A stretch of DNA of 32,000 bases from Acidimicrobiales bacterium (GTDB lineage: Bacteria; Actinomycetota; Acidimicrobiia; Acidimicrobiales; Iamiaceae). The stretch lies in NCBI GenBank assembly GCA_041394165.1, contig JAWKIT010000004.1, positions 212,502-244,501 on the forward strand. The letters run 5' to 3'. The translations under genes and the position numbers were made by a program. This document shows, piece after piece, positions 24,642-32,000 of the stretch (within the stretch, counting starts at the first letter, position 1; every line of letters starts with the position of its first letter). The notes under the pieces are model-generated. The model did no database searches, was not told the origin of the DNA, and worked only from the letters and a program-made list of their open reading frames with translations.

Positions 24642-25451
24642 TCAGGTGCCGGTGAAGTTCGGCTTGCGCTTCTCCTTGAACGCCCGGGGCCCTTCCTTGG
24701 CGTCGTTCGTGCTGAAGATGATCGGCTCGCCGATGGTGAGCTCGTGGGCGAGGCCGTCGGCCTCGCTCATCGCGGCGGTCTCGCGCATCGACCGGAGCAC
24801 GGCCGCCACGGCGAGCGGGCCGTTCTCGGCGATCATCTCGGCCAGCTCGCGAGCCTTCGCGAGGGCCTGGCCGTCGGGCACGACGTGGCCGATCAGGCCG
24901 ATGTCCTTGGCCTCCTGGGCCGAGATGAGCCGGCCGGTCAGCAGCAGGTCGGCGGCCACGGTGAAGGGGATCTGGCGCTGCAGGCGGACCGTCGATCCGC
25001 CGAGCGGGAACAGGCCGCGGCGCACCTCGGCGATGCCCAGCTGACTCGACTCGCCGGCCACCCGGATCTCGGTGGCCTGGAGGATCTCGGTGCCGCCGGC
25101 CACGCAGTAGCCCTCGACGGCGGCGATGATCGGCTTCGACGGCCGGAAGTGGCGCAGCAGCGCCTTCCAGTGGAGGTCGGGATCCTCGGCCATGCGGGCC
25201 ATCTCCTCGTCGGTGAACCCGGCGGCGAGGGCCTTGAGGTCCATGCCCGAGCAGAAGTCGCCGCCGGCGCCGGTGAGGATGCCGACGCGCAGCTCCGGAT
25301 CCTCGTCGAGCAGCTTCCAGGCGTCCGCCACGCCGACCAGCATCGAGGGGCTGAAGGCGTTCTTGGCCTCGGGCCGGTTCAGGGTGACGGTGAGGATGTG
25401 GCCGTCGCGCTCGACCAGGTAGTGCGGCGTCTCGGCGGTGGTGTCTGACAT
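24642..25451 (-). CDS. enoyl-CoA hydratase / crotonase family protein
   Basis: ORF 24642..25451(-), 269 aa: LTVTLNRPEAKNAF, ILTGAGGDFCSGMDLK, AAVEGYCVAGGTEIL, and a C-terminal EGPRAFKEKRKP. Confidence 0.9.
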   Translation of the reverse strand: MSDTTAETPHYLVERDGHILTVTLNRPEAKNAFSPSMLVGVADAWKLLDEDPELRVGILTGAGGDFCSGMDLKALAAGFTDEEMARMAEDPDLHWKALLRHFRPSKPIIAAVEGYCVAGGTEILQATEIRVAGESSQLGIAEVRRGLFPLGGSTVRLQRQIPFTVAADLLLTGRLISAQEAKDIGLIGHVVPDGQALAKARELAEMIAENGPLAVAAVLRSMRETAAMSEADGLAHELTIGEPIIFSTNDAKEGPRAFKEKRKPNFTGT

Positions 25452-25462
25452 GGCGGTCAGAC

Positions 25463-25476
25463 TAGAACACGTTCTC
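25463..25476. promoter_or_regulatory. KstR-type operator (TAGAACACGTTCTC)
   Basis: It lies 12 nt upstream of the hydratase ATG (25451). Its terminal TA begins a TAGTCT -10-like hexamer on the minus strand (25464-25459), 7 nt before the ATG. Confidence 0.75.
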
Positions 25477-25490
25477 GTTTCGATCCGTGG

Positions 25491-25865
25491 TCAGCGGCCG
25501 AGGACCCGGGCGAAGCTGAGCTCGTGGCCGTCGGGGTCGCGGAGGTGGAAGTACCGCTCGCCCCACGGGGCGTCGGCCGGTGCCATCTCCGGCGCCAGGC
25601 CGGCCCCCACGGCGCGGTCGTGCACGGCGTCGACGTCGTCGACCCAGAAGATCGCCCGGCCCCAGATCCGCGGGACGGGCGCGTGGGCCGGATCGAGCTG
25701 CAGGTTCACGAAGCCCGCCCCGGCGCGGAACGTCGTGAACGCGTCCGCGGGCCCGCCCGAGAGGCGCTCGAACCCGAGGGCCTCGTAGAACGCGACGGAC
25801 CGCGCCATGTCGGCGCACGCGAAGGTGACCGCCGAGATCGCCTCGATGGGACCTCGCTCGCCCAC
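25491..25865 (-). CDS. VOC / glyoxalase-bleomycin resistance family protein
   Basis: ORF 25491..25865(-) with a GTG start: ...ISAVTFACADMARSVAFYEALGFE...GRAIFWVDDVDAVHDRAVGAG...WGERYFHLRDPDGHELSFA. Confidence 0.75.
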   Translation of the reverse strand: MGERGPIEAISAVTFACADMARSVAFYEALGFERLSGGPADAFTTFRAGAGFVNLQLDPAHAPVPRIWGRAIFWVDDVDAVHDRAVGAGLAPEMAPADAPWGERYFHLRDPDGHELSFARVLGR

Positions 25866-25870
25866 GGGGG

Positions 25871-26251
25871 CTACTCGCCGAGCTTCGCCTCGATGCGACC
25901 GAGCGCCTCGACCACCCGGTCGGTCTGCTCCTGCTGCTCCACGATGAGCCGGGCGAGCCAGAACCGCAGGAGCCGGGCCAGCGAGAAGCGGAGGAAGAGC
26001 CCGAGGCCGATGATCGCCAGCCCGAGGCCGAGCACGCCGCCCGAGAGGAGCATCGGCACCTGGTCGGCCACGTACTTGGACCCCGACGCGTTCCAGTACG
26101 CCAGGAGGATCAGCACCACGCCGATCACCGGGAGCGCGACGCCGAGCTTCAGCAGCAGCGACTCGGCGTCGGCCGATGGCTCGGGGACGTGCAGCTCGTC
26201 GATGCCCTCGGTGAGGCGGTCGGCCGCGTTGGTGGGGGTGGGATCGCTCAT
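25871..26251 (-). CDS. small membrane protein, function unknown
   Basis: Last 126 aa of ORF 25871..26710(-), from ATG 26251 (ATGA overlap with the livF stop): MSDPTPTNAADRL...LLLKLGVALPVIGVVLILLAYW...MLLSGGVLGLGLAIIGLGLFLRF...IVEQQEQTDRVVEALGRIEAKLGE. It has two hydrophobic helices and a C-terminal helix. Confidence 0.6.
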   Translation of the reverse strand: MSDPTPTNAADRLTEGIDELHVPEPSADAESLLLKLGVALPVIGVVLILLAYWNASGSKYVADQVPMLLSGGVLGLGLAIIGLGLFLRFSLARLLRFWLARLIVEQQEQTDRVVEALGRIEAKLGE

Positions 26252-27003
26252 GGGGTTGCTCCGAGGTAGGCGGCCGAGAGCTCGGCCTCGAGGTCGGCGG
26301 GGGTTCCGGCGGCGACGACGCGGCCGTGCTGCATGATCACGGCGTGGTCGGCCACGCCGAGGACGGTGCGGGCGAACTGCTCGACCACGAGGATCGACAC
26401 GCCCTCGCGGGCGATGCCGGCCACGAGCTCGTACAGCTCGGCCACGATCAGGGGGGCCAGCCCCATCGACAGCTCGTCGATGATGAGCAGGCCCGGCTCG
26501 GTGGCGAGGCCGCGAGCCATGGCGAGCATCTGCTGCTCGCCGCCCGACATGGTCCCCGCGACCTGGTCGATCCGCTCCCCGAGGCGCGGGAACCGTCCGA
26601 CCGCTCGCTCGACGATGTCGGCCGCCCGCTGCCCGCGGTAGCTGGCCATGACGAGGTTCTCGCGCACGGTGAGGTTGCGGAAGATGCCGCGACCCTCGGG
26701 GATGGTGCACACGCCGAGGCGGGCCAGCGCCTCGGGCTTGGCCCCGTTGACGTGGCGTCCGGCGATGTGCACGCAGCCCGACGCCGCCGGGTGCTGGCCG
26801 GTGGCCACCAGGAGGGTGGTGGTCTTGCCCGCGCCGTTCGGGCCGAGCAGCGCCACGACCTCGCCGCGGGGGACGGCGAGGTCGACCCCGTGGAGCACCT
26901 GGATGCGCCCGTAGCAGGCCGTGACGTCGCGCAGCTCGAGCAGCGGGGCGCCGCGGTCGCCGTGGTCGTGCTCTTCGACGTGGGGGTGGGCCGGCGCGGT
27001 CAT
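26248..27003 (-). CDS. livF: branched-chain amino acid-type ABC transporter ATPase (LivF-like)
   Basis: From ATG 27003 (ATGA overlap with the livG stop): ...LLELRDVTACYGRIQVLHGVDL...LLGPNGAGKTTTL (Walker A)...MSGGEQQMLAMARGL (signature)...LLIIDELSMGLAP (Walker B). Confidence 0.9.
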   Translation of the reverse strand: MTAPAHPHVEEHDHGDRGAPLLELRDVTACYGRIQVLHGVDLAVPRGEVVALLGPNGAGKTTTLLVATGQHPAASGCVHIAGRHVNGAKPEALARLGVCTIPEGRGIFRNLTVRENLVMASYRGQRAADIVERAVGRFPRLGERIDQVAGTMSGGEQQMLAMARGLATEPGLLIIDELSMGLAPLIVAELYELVAGIAREGVSILVVEQFARTVLGVADHAVIMQHGRVVAAGTPADLEAELSAAYLGATP

Positions 27004-27728
27004 CCGGGTGCCCCCGGGTCCTGGCCGAGGTAGGCGTCGATCACCGCGGGGTCCTTCTGGACCTCGATCGGCGTCCCCGAGGCGAGGACCTCGCCGAAGT
27101 TCAGCACCGTGATCTGGTGGCACAGCCGCATGACGAGCGGGACGTCGTGCTCGACGATCAGGATGCCGAGCCCGTCGCCCGCCAGCTCCTGGAGGATCTC
27201 AGCGAAGCGGTCGGTCTCGCGCTCGTCGAGCCCGGAGGCCGGCTCGTCGAGCAGCAGCACGCGGGGCGTGCACGCGAGTGCCCGGGCCAGCTCGACCAGG
27301 CGGGCCGAGCCCGTGGAGAGCGAGTCGGCGCGCTGGTCGGCCACGTCGGCGAGGCCGACCCGCTCGAGGAGCTCGTCGGCGACGGTGGTGGCGGGCCGAG
27401 GCTCGGACCGGTTGAGCTCGGCCGCGGTGCGCACGTTGTCGCGCACGGTCAGCGACCCGAACAGCTCCAGGCGCTGGAAGGTGCGGGCGATGCCGCGCCG
27501 AGCACGCTTGTGGGCCGACATCGAGGTGATGTCGTCGCCCCCGAGCAGCACCTTGCCCCTCGTGGGCGGCTGCAGGCCGGTGATGACGTTGAACGTGGTG
27601 GTCTTGCCGGCGCCGTTGGGCCCGATGAGCCCGGTGATCTCCCCGGCGTCGACCCGGAGGTCCACGTCGTGGACCGCCATGTGGCCGCCGAACCGGACGG
27701 AGATCTCACGCGTCTCGAGGATCGACAC
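27000..27728 (-). CDS. livG: branched-chain amino acid-type ABC transporter ATPase (LivG-like)
   Basis: ORF 27000..27728(-) with a GTG start: SILETREISVRFGGHMAVHDVDL, GLIGPNGAGKTTTFNVITG, LSTGSARLVELARALA, VLLLDEPASGLD. Confidence 0.9.
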   Translation of the reverse strand: MSILETREISVRFGGHMAVHDVDLRVDAGEITGLIGPNGAGKTTTFNVITGLQPPTRGKVLLGGDDITSMSAHKRARRGIARTFQRLELFGSLTVRDNVRTAAELNRSEPRPATTVADELLERVGLADVADQRADSLSTGSARLVELARALACTPRVLLLDEPASGLDERETDRFAEILQELAGDGLGILIVEHDVPLVMRLCHQITVLNFGEVLASGTPIEVQKDPAVIDAYLGQDPGAPG

Positions 27729-29748
27729 GGCACCTCCCCCAGTCCAGGCCCAGCTCCCCGTCGAGCACGGCGAGGTCGGCGGCGGTGGCGGCGCCCGAGG
27801 TGACGAGCTGCTCGGGCGACAGCGGCCGGGGCGCCGGCAGCAGCAGGTCCATCGCCCGCTGGAACGTGGTGGCCGGGGCGTGGGAGCCGACCTCGGCCCG
27901 TCGGCGGGCCTTCTTCAGCCCCTCGACGGTCTGGGCGATCGCCCCGTTGGGGTTGTTGGCCAGGCCGATGCCGGCGAGGCCCGGCAGCAGCGTCATGAGG
28001 TCCTGGAGCGCCGGGTAGTACTCGCCGATCAGCGGCGACACGGCGAGCACGACGCCGCCGAACAGCGCACCGGCCACCGCAGCGATGCCACCCACCACCG
28101 TGAGCAGCACGAGCGGCAGCCCGGGGAGCGCGCCCTGGAGGAGCGAGAACTGCTCGGTGCCGACCTGGCCGCGCCAGCCGCCGTAGAGCACGCCGCCGAT
28201 CCCGGCGATCGCCGCCGACAGCGCGAACACCTGCACCTTGAGCAGCGTGAGGTCGAGCCCGAGGGTGGCGCAGGCCGCCGGCGAGTCCTTCATCGCCTGG
28301 AGCCGTCGTCCCATCGGGCCCTTGCGGAGCGCGGTCACGACCATGCCGAGCAGCGAGAAGGTGACCGCCATCAAGATCAGGTTGGCCCGGTCGCCGTCGA
28401 ACGACAGCCCACCGAGGTGGAGGCGGTCGATCTGGGCCACGCCCTGGGTGAACCCGTCGATCTCGGGGAAGATCGCCTTCTCGCAGAACAGGGCGAAGGC
28501 GAACGTGAGCAGGGCGAGGTAGAGGCCCTTGAGCCGCAGCGCCGGCAGCGACACGAGCGCACCGACCACCGCGCACACCGCGACCACCAGCAGCAGCACC
28601 GCCGGGTTGCCGTCGCTCCCCCACGTCGCCATCACCCCGGCCCCGATGCCGGCGAAGGCGAGCGGGGCCAGCGAGATCTGCCCGGCGTAGCCGGTCAGCG
28701 GGATGAGCGAGAGGGCGACGATGCCGAGGGCGAGGCCGTAGCCGACGCTGGTGAGGGCCTTGGCGGAGACGAGCTCGGGCAGCACGGCCGCCGCGGCGAC
28801 CAGCGCCGCGCTCGACAGCAGGACCGTGCGCCACGACGGGTCGGGCACGCGCGCCGGGTCCTTCGGCTCGCCGAAGACCGACGCCTTGTCCTGCGGGACC
28901 ACGATCAGCACGGCGAACAGCATCAGGGCGGGGACGGTGTCGACCGAGATCCAGGAGGGCAGGTCCTCCTGGTAGTAGCTCACGGCCTCCCGGGAGATGC
29001 CGAGGATCAGCGCGCCCACCGCGGTGAGCGGCAGCGATCGCAGCCGACCGACCATCGCCGCGGCGTACGCGTTGATCACGAGCAGCGTGAGCTGGCTCTG
29101 GTCGAGGGCGAGGATGGGGGCGATCAGCACCCCGGCGATCCCGGCGAGGGTGCAGCCGAGCGCCCACGAGAGGCTCGAGATCCGGTCGGGCGAGGCGCCG
29201 TTGCGGGCGGCGCGCCCGCGGTTGTCGACCACGGCCCGCATCGCCGTGCCCGTCCGCGACCGGTAGAGGAGCAGGCGGAGGGCGACCGCCACGACGATCG
29301 CCGTGGCGAACACGATCAGCTGGTGGTAGCGGATCACCACCCCGGCGATCTCGACGGTGCTGCCCTCGAAGAAGTACGGCAGCGAGGCCTGGACGGTGTC
29401 GGGCGGCCAGATCACCGTGGCCCCCTGGATCAGGGCGACGAGCAGGCCGATCGGCACCACGAGGCGGGTGATGGGCGCGGCGTCGTGCAGCCGGCGCATG
29501 AGGACGACGTCGATCAGCCAGCCGAGGCCGGGGGCGAACACGAGCAGGGTGAGCACGAGCGCGAGCGGGACCGGCAGCCCCCACGCGTCGGGCGAGCTGA
29601 GCTGCCAGTAGACGAACGCCGACACCATGGCCACCGCGCCGTGGGCGAAGTTGAAGATGCCCGAGGTGGTGTAGGTGACCACGAGCCCGCTGGCCGCCAC
29701 CGCGTAGATGGCGGCGCTGACGAGCCCGAGGACGAGGATGTCGGTCAT
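27706..29748 (-). CDS. fused LivH-LivM type ABC permease
   Basis: ORF 27706..29748(-), 680 aa, a single frame, hydrophobic throughout. The N-terminal half (MTDILVLGLVSAAIYAVAASGLVVTYTTSGIFNFAHGA...) is LivH-like. The second half (...LSLIPLTGYAGQISLAPLAFAGIGA...) is LivM-like. Confidence 0.85.
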   Translation of the reverse strand: MTDILVLGLVSAAIYAVAASGLVVTYTTSGIFNFAHGAVAMVSAFVYWQLSSPDAWGLPVPLALVLTLLVFAPGLGWLIDVVLMRRLHDAAPITRLVVPIGLLVALIQGATVIWPPDTVQASLPYFFEGSTVEIAGVVIRYHQLIVFATAIVVAVALRLLLYRSRTGTAMRAVVDNRGRAARNGASPDRISSLSWALGCTLAGIAGVLIAPILALDQSQLTLLVINAYAAAMVGRLRSLPLTAVGALILGISREAVSYYQEDLPSWISVDTVPALMLFAVLIVVPQDKASVFGEPKDPARVPDPSWRTVLLSSAALVAAAAVLPELVSAKALTSVGYGLALGIVALSLIPLTGYAGQISLAPLAFAGIGAGVMATWGSDGNPAVLLLVVAVCAVVGALVSLPALRLKGLYLALLTFAFALFCEKAIFPEIDGFTQGVAQIDRLHLGGLSFDGDRANLILMAVTFSLLGMVVTALRKGPMGRRLQAMKDSPAACATLGLDLTLLKVQVFALSAAIAGIGGVLYGGWRGQVGTEQFSLLQGALPGLPLVLLTVVGGIAAVAGALFGGVVLAVSPLIGEYYPALQDLMTLLPGLAGIGLANNPNGAIAQTVEGLKKARRRAEVGSHAPATTFQRAMDLLLPAPRPLSPEQLVTSGAATAADLAVLDGELGLDWGRCRVDPRDA

Positions 29749-29760
29749 GGGGTCAGGGCC

Positions 29761-31167
29761 TCATTCGCCCTTCGCCTTGGCGCCCTCGCCGTAGTCGCCC
29801 TCGAGCGGGATGGCGTACTCGGGCTTGCAGTCGAACGTCGCCGGCTCCTCGGGGAACAGGCGCTGGAAGCCGCCGTCGACCACCTGGGTGAAGGCGAGGC
29901 AGGGGGCGCCCTTGTTGGCGCCCGGGTCGCTCGTGCCGTGGAGGCCCCCGCCGTCCCACTCGTGGACGTCCTTCAGGGCGGCGAGCAGCGAGTCGCGCGT
30001 GAGGTCGTCGCCGAGGGACTTCACGGCCGTCGCGAACAGCAGCCCGGCCGACCAGGCCTGGACCCCCAGCGACGTCGGCTCGATCTTGGACCCGAGCTGG
30101 TCGTAGGCGTCGAGGTAGGCCTGCAGGGCCGGCGAGGCGTCGGCGTCCTCGAACGGGACCGTGTTGAGCTGGACCACCACGCCCTCGGCCGCCGAGCCGG
30201 CGTCGAGCAGCTGCGGGTCGTAGTACTGCTGGCCGAGCTCGATGACCTCGGGATCGACCTTCTGGGTCTCGATGTCCTTCAGGAGCTTGACGGCCTCGGC
30301 CGTGCTGTTGACGAAGTTGACGTACTGGACGCCCTTGTCCTTCATCGCCTTGGCCTCCGAGGCGTAGGACTCCTGGATGACCTCGGTCTCCTTCTCGTAG
30401 ACGAAGGTGAACCCGACCTTCTCGTAGGCCTCCTTGATCCGCTCGGCCTGGCTCCGCGCCGTGTCGATGCCGCCCCAGAGCAGCGCCGCCCGCTTCACCG
30501 CGTCGGGGTGGTTCTCGACCTGGTAGACGGCGGGCGCCGAGTTGAAGGTGGCCGACGGGTTGGGCAGCGGCTGCACGAGGCGGTCGCTGTCGGCCTTCGC
30601 CGTGGTGGCGGTGTAGGCGGGCACCTCGACCAGCCCGCAGTCGACCATGGCCTGGGCGCCCTGGTTGTCGGACACCGAGCCGGACCCGACGATGGCCCAG
30701 ACGCCGGCGTTGCACGCCTCCTGGGTGGCCTCGAGGTGGCTGAAGAGCTTGGAGTCGATCTTGGTCAGCGCCAGCGTGCGCCCGTTGATGCCGCCGAACC
30801 CGTTGCACCAGTCGACGAAGGCCTGCACCGACTCCTCGATGCCGGCGGTGGGCACCTTGATCTGGCCGGCGCGATCGGAGATCACCGCGATCTTGATCTC
30901 GTCCTGCGAGACGCCGGTCTCGCCGGCGGGCACCGCACCGGGGGCCGCGTCGCCCTCGCCGCAGGGCACCGGCAGGCTGCCCACCATCGGCCCCTCGTCG
31001 CCCTCCGTGGAGATGCCGGCGCCCTGCTCGGCGCTCGTCCCGCCCGGCGCCGCGGAGGCGCTGCCCGTGCCGCCGCCGGTGGCGAGCTCCTGGTCGGACA
31101 GGCGGCTGCCGCACGCGGTGGCCACGACGGCCAGCGCGCACAGCAGGGCTAGGCAGCGGATCTTCAC
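29761..31167 (-). CDS. ABC transporter substrate-binding lipoprotein (LivJ/K-like, type I periplasmic binding fold)
   Basis: GTG 31167 is preceded by GAAGGGGGA. The product starts VKIRCLALLCALAVVATACGS (lipobox), followed by a Gly/Ser/Ala/Pro-rich linker of about 70 aa. Then comes ...IKIAVISDRAGQ...WAIVGSGSVSDNQGA..., typical of Leu/Ile/Val-type binding proteins. Confidence 0.85.
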   Translation of the reverse strand: MKIRCLALLCALAVVATACGSRLSDQELATGGGTGSASAAPGGTSAEQGAGISTEGDEGPMVGSLPVPCGEGDAAPGAVPAGETGVSQDEIKIAVISDRAGQIKVPTAGIEESVQAFVDWCNGFGGINGRTLALTKIDSKLFSHLEATQEACNAGVWAIVGSGSVSDNQGAQAMVDCGLVEVPAYTATTAKADSDRLVQPLPNPSATFNSAPAVYQVENHPDAVKRAALLWGGIDTARSQAERIKEAYEKVGFTFVYEKETEVIQESYASEAKAMKDKGVQYVNFVNSTAEAVKLLKDIETQKVDPEVIELGQQYYDPQLLDAGSAAEGVVVQLNTVPFEDADASPALQAYLDAYDQLGSKIEPTSLGVQAWSAGLLFATAVKSLGDDLTRDSLLAALKDVHEWDGGGLHGTSDPGANKGAPCLAFTQVVDGGFQRLFPEEPATFDCKPEYAIPLEGDYGEGAKAKGE

Positions 31168-31271
31168 GAGCGGGTCCCCCTTCGCGGTGGATGGCGACAG
31201 TAGCGCGGCCCGCGACGGCCTCTGACGGCGCGTCAGATCGGTCGTCGGGCCGCCTCGGCGGCGAGCGCCCC

Positions 31272-32000
31272 TCAGCCGGCGGTGAGCAGCGTGCCGAGCC
31301 GCTGCAGGTGCGCCGTGCCCCCGCCGAGGGTCATCTCGACGTGCTTGGCCCACCGGAACGTGCGGTGCACCGGGTAGTCGAGATCGACCCCGATGCCGCC
31401 GTGGAGGTGCTGGGCGGCGTGCACGACGCGCTCGGCCCCCTCGGCGGCCCAGAACTTGGCGACCGCCAGCTCCTCGGCCGCCGGCAGCCCGGCGTCGAGC
31501 CGCCACGCCGCCTGCTGCGCGGTGAGCCGGATGGCCTCGGTGTCCATGTAGGCGTTCGCGCAGCGGTGGGCGACGGCCTGGAACGTGGCGATGGGCGTGT
31601 CGAACTGCTTGCGCTCGCTGGTGTAGGTGGCGGTGGTGCGCAGGGCCGCCTCGCAGACGCCGGCCTGCACGGCGCACAGCCCGGCGATGGCGCGATCGAC
31701 GATCCACGCCACGACCTCGGCGCCGCCGTCGACCTCGCCGACCACGTCGTCGTCGCCCACCGCGACGCCGTCGAGGGCCAGCGTGGTGAGCGGCTCGCCG
31801 TTCATCGAGGTGTTGCGCTCCTGGGCGACGCCGGGCGCGCCGGGATCGACGAGGAACACGGTGCTGGTGCCGTCGCCGGTGCGGGCGGGCACGAGGGCCC
31901 GGCCGGCGAGGTGCCCGGCGGGCACGAGCCGCTTGGTGCCCGTGAGCGCCCAGCCGTCGGCCGTGCGCTCGGCCGTGGTGGCGGGCACCTCGGGCGGCAG
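31272..32000 (-). CDS. acyl-CoA dehydrogenase; 5' end beyond the window
   Basis: ORF 31272..31988(-) continues open to the window edge: ...ERKQFDTPIATFQAVAHRCANAYMDTEAIRL...KFWAAEGAERVVHAAQHLHGGIGVDLDYPVHRTFRWAK. This is an ACAD C-terminal domain. Confidence 0.85.
   Translation of the reverse strand: MPPEVPATTAERTADGWALTGTKRLVPAGHLAGRALVPARTGDGTSTVFLVDPGAPGVAQERNTSMNGEPLTTLALDGVAVGDDDVVGEVDGGAEVVAWIVDRAIAGLCAVQAGVCEAALRTTATYTSERKQFDTPIATFQAVAHRCANAYMDTEAIRLTAQQAAWRLDAGLPAAEELAVAKFWAAEGAERVVHAAQHLHGGIGVDLDYPVHRTFRWAKHVEMTLGGGTAHLQRLGTLLTAG

Noticed and set aside
3149-25476. The repeated 14-nt palindromes as a CRISPR array, REP/MITE family or transposon inverted repeats.
   Set aside because: The copies are kilobases apart and always intergenic, immediately upstream of start codons. 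They have no regular spacing, no flanking direct repeats and no associated cas or transposase genes. They fit a known repressor consensus instead.
27109-31152. The 1347-aa plus-strand ORF spanning the liv operon. Similar long shadow ORFs include 16484..18355(+), 18249..20249(+), 18376..20289(-), 11502..12578(+ part), 5727..7280(-) and 12564..13940(-).
   Set aside because: All lie antisense to, or frame-shifted relative to, genes with strong family motifs (ABC Walker motifs, REGLE, ACAD, AMP-binding). Their translations are Arg/Gly/Asp/His-rich with no domain signatures.
31221-31237. Hairpin TCTGACG-GCG-CGTCAGA between the partial ACAD gene and the binding-protein gene, as an intrinsic terminator.
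   Set aside because: The stem is only 7 bp with a 3-nt loop, and there is no U-tract on the minus strand. It is too weak to call.
1-32000. rRNA, tRNA, tmRNA, riboswitch or other structured RNA genes.
   Set aside because: The intergenic space is very short, mostly under 140 nt. The few A/T-richer patches are accounted for by operators and promoters. I saw no cloverleaf-compatible segments or conserved riboswitch cores. This was judged by eye only, without a covariance-model search.

Overview
This is 32 kb of very GC-rich, actinobacterium-like chromosome. Third codon positions are almost always G/C, and long spurious antisense ORFs are everywhere. I support about 33 real genes.

The backbone is a KstR-type lipid/sterol catabolic regulon. 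It consists of a kstR-like TetR repressor (18405-18995) and six copies of a 14-nt palindrome, TAGAAC(A/G)(C/T)GTTCT(C/A)-like, at 3149, 12487, 12542, 20247, 21983 and 25463. These fit the mycobacterial KstR operator TnnAACnnGTTnnA. They sit directly in front of:
- a DUF35-DUF35-Ltp-Ltp thiolase operon
- an alcohol dehydrogenase / acyl-CoA synthetase divergon
- a fadE-kstR operon divergent from a WS/DGAT gene
- a FadD19-like CoA ligase
- an enoyl-CoA hydratase + methyltransferase operon

Interspersed are an EfeU-EfeO-EfeB iron-uptake operon with an extra double-cupredoxin lipoprotein, a DGPF protein + ECF42-type sigma factor pair, a PPOX/F420-type protein, and a LivJ-(LivHM fusion)-LivG-LivF ABC importer.

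Two accessory-looking units are the most interesting:
- a DUF4062 / NACHT-like STAND / TPR gene with a visibly dead P-loop (3213-6891)
- a translationally coupled pair (9079-11277): a small SLOG/LOG-DprA-like Rossmann protein plus a K-channel-like TM / RCK / double-RyR-domain protein

At least seven single-base frame disruptions occur in six otherwise well-conserved genes, several of them in G/C runs. This points to assembly indel errors, or less likely to real pseudogenisation. I saw no rRNA, tRNA, CRISPR array, transposase or integrase.
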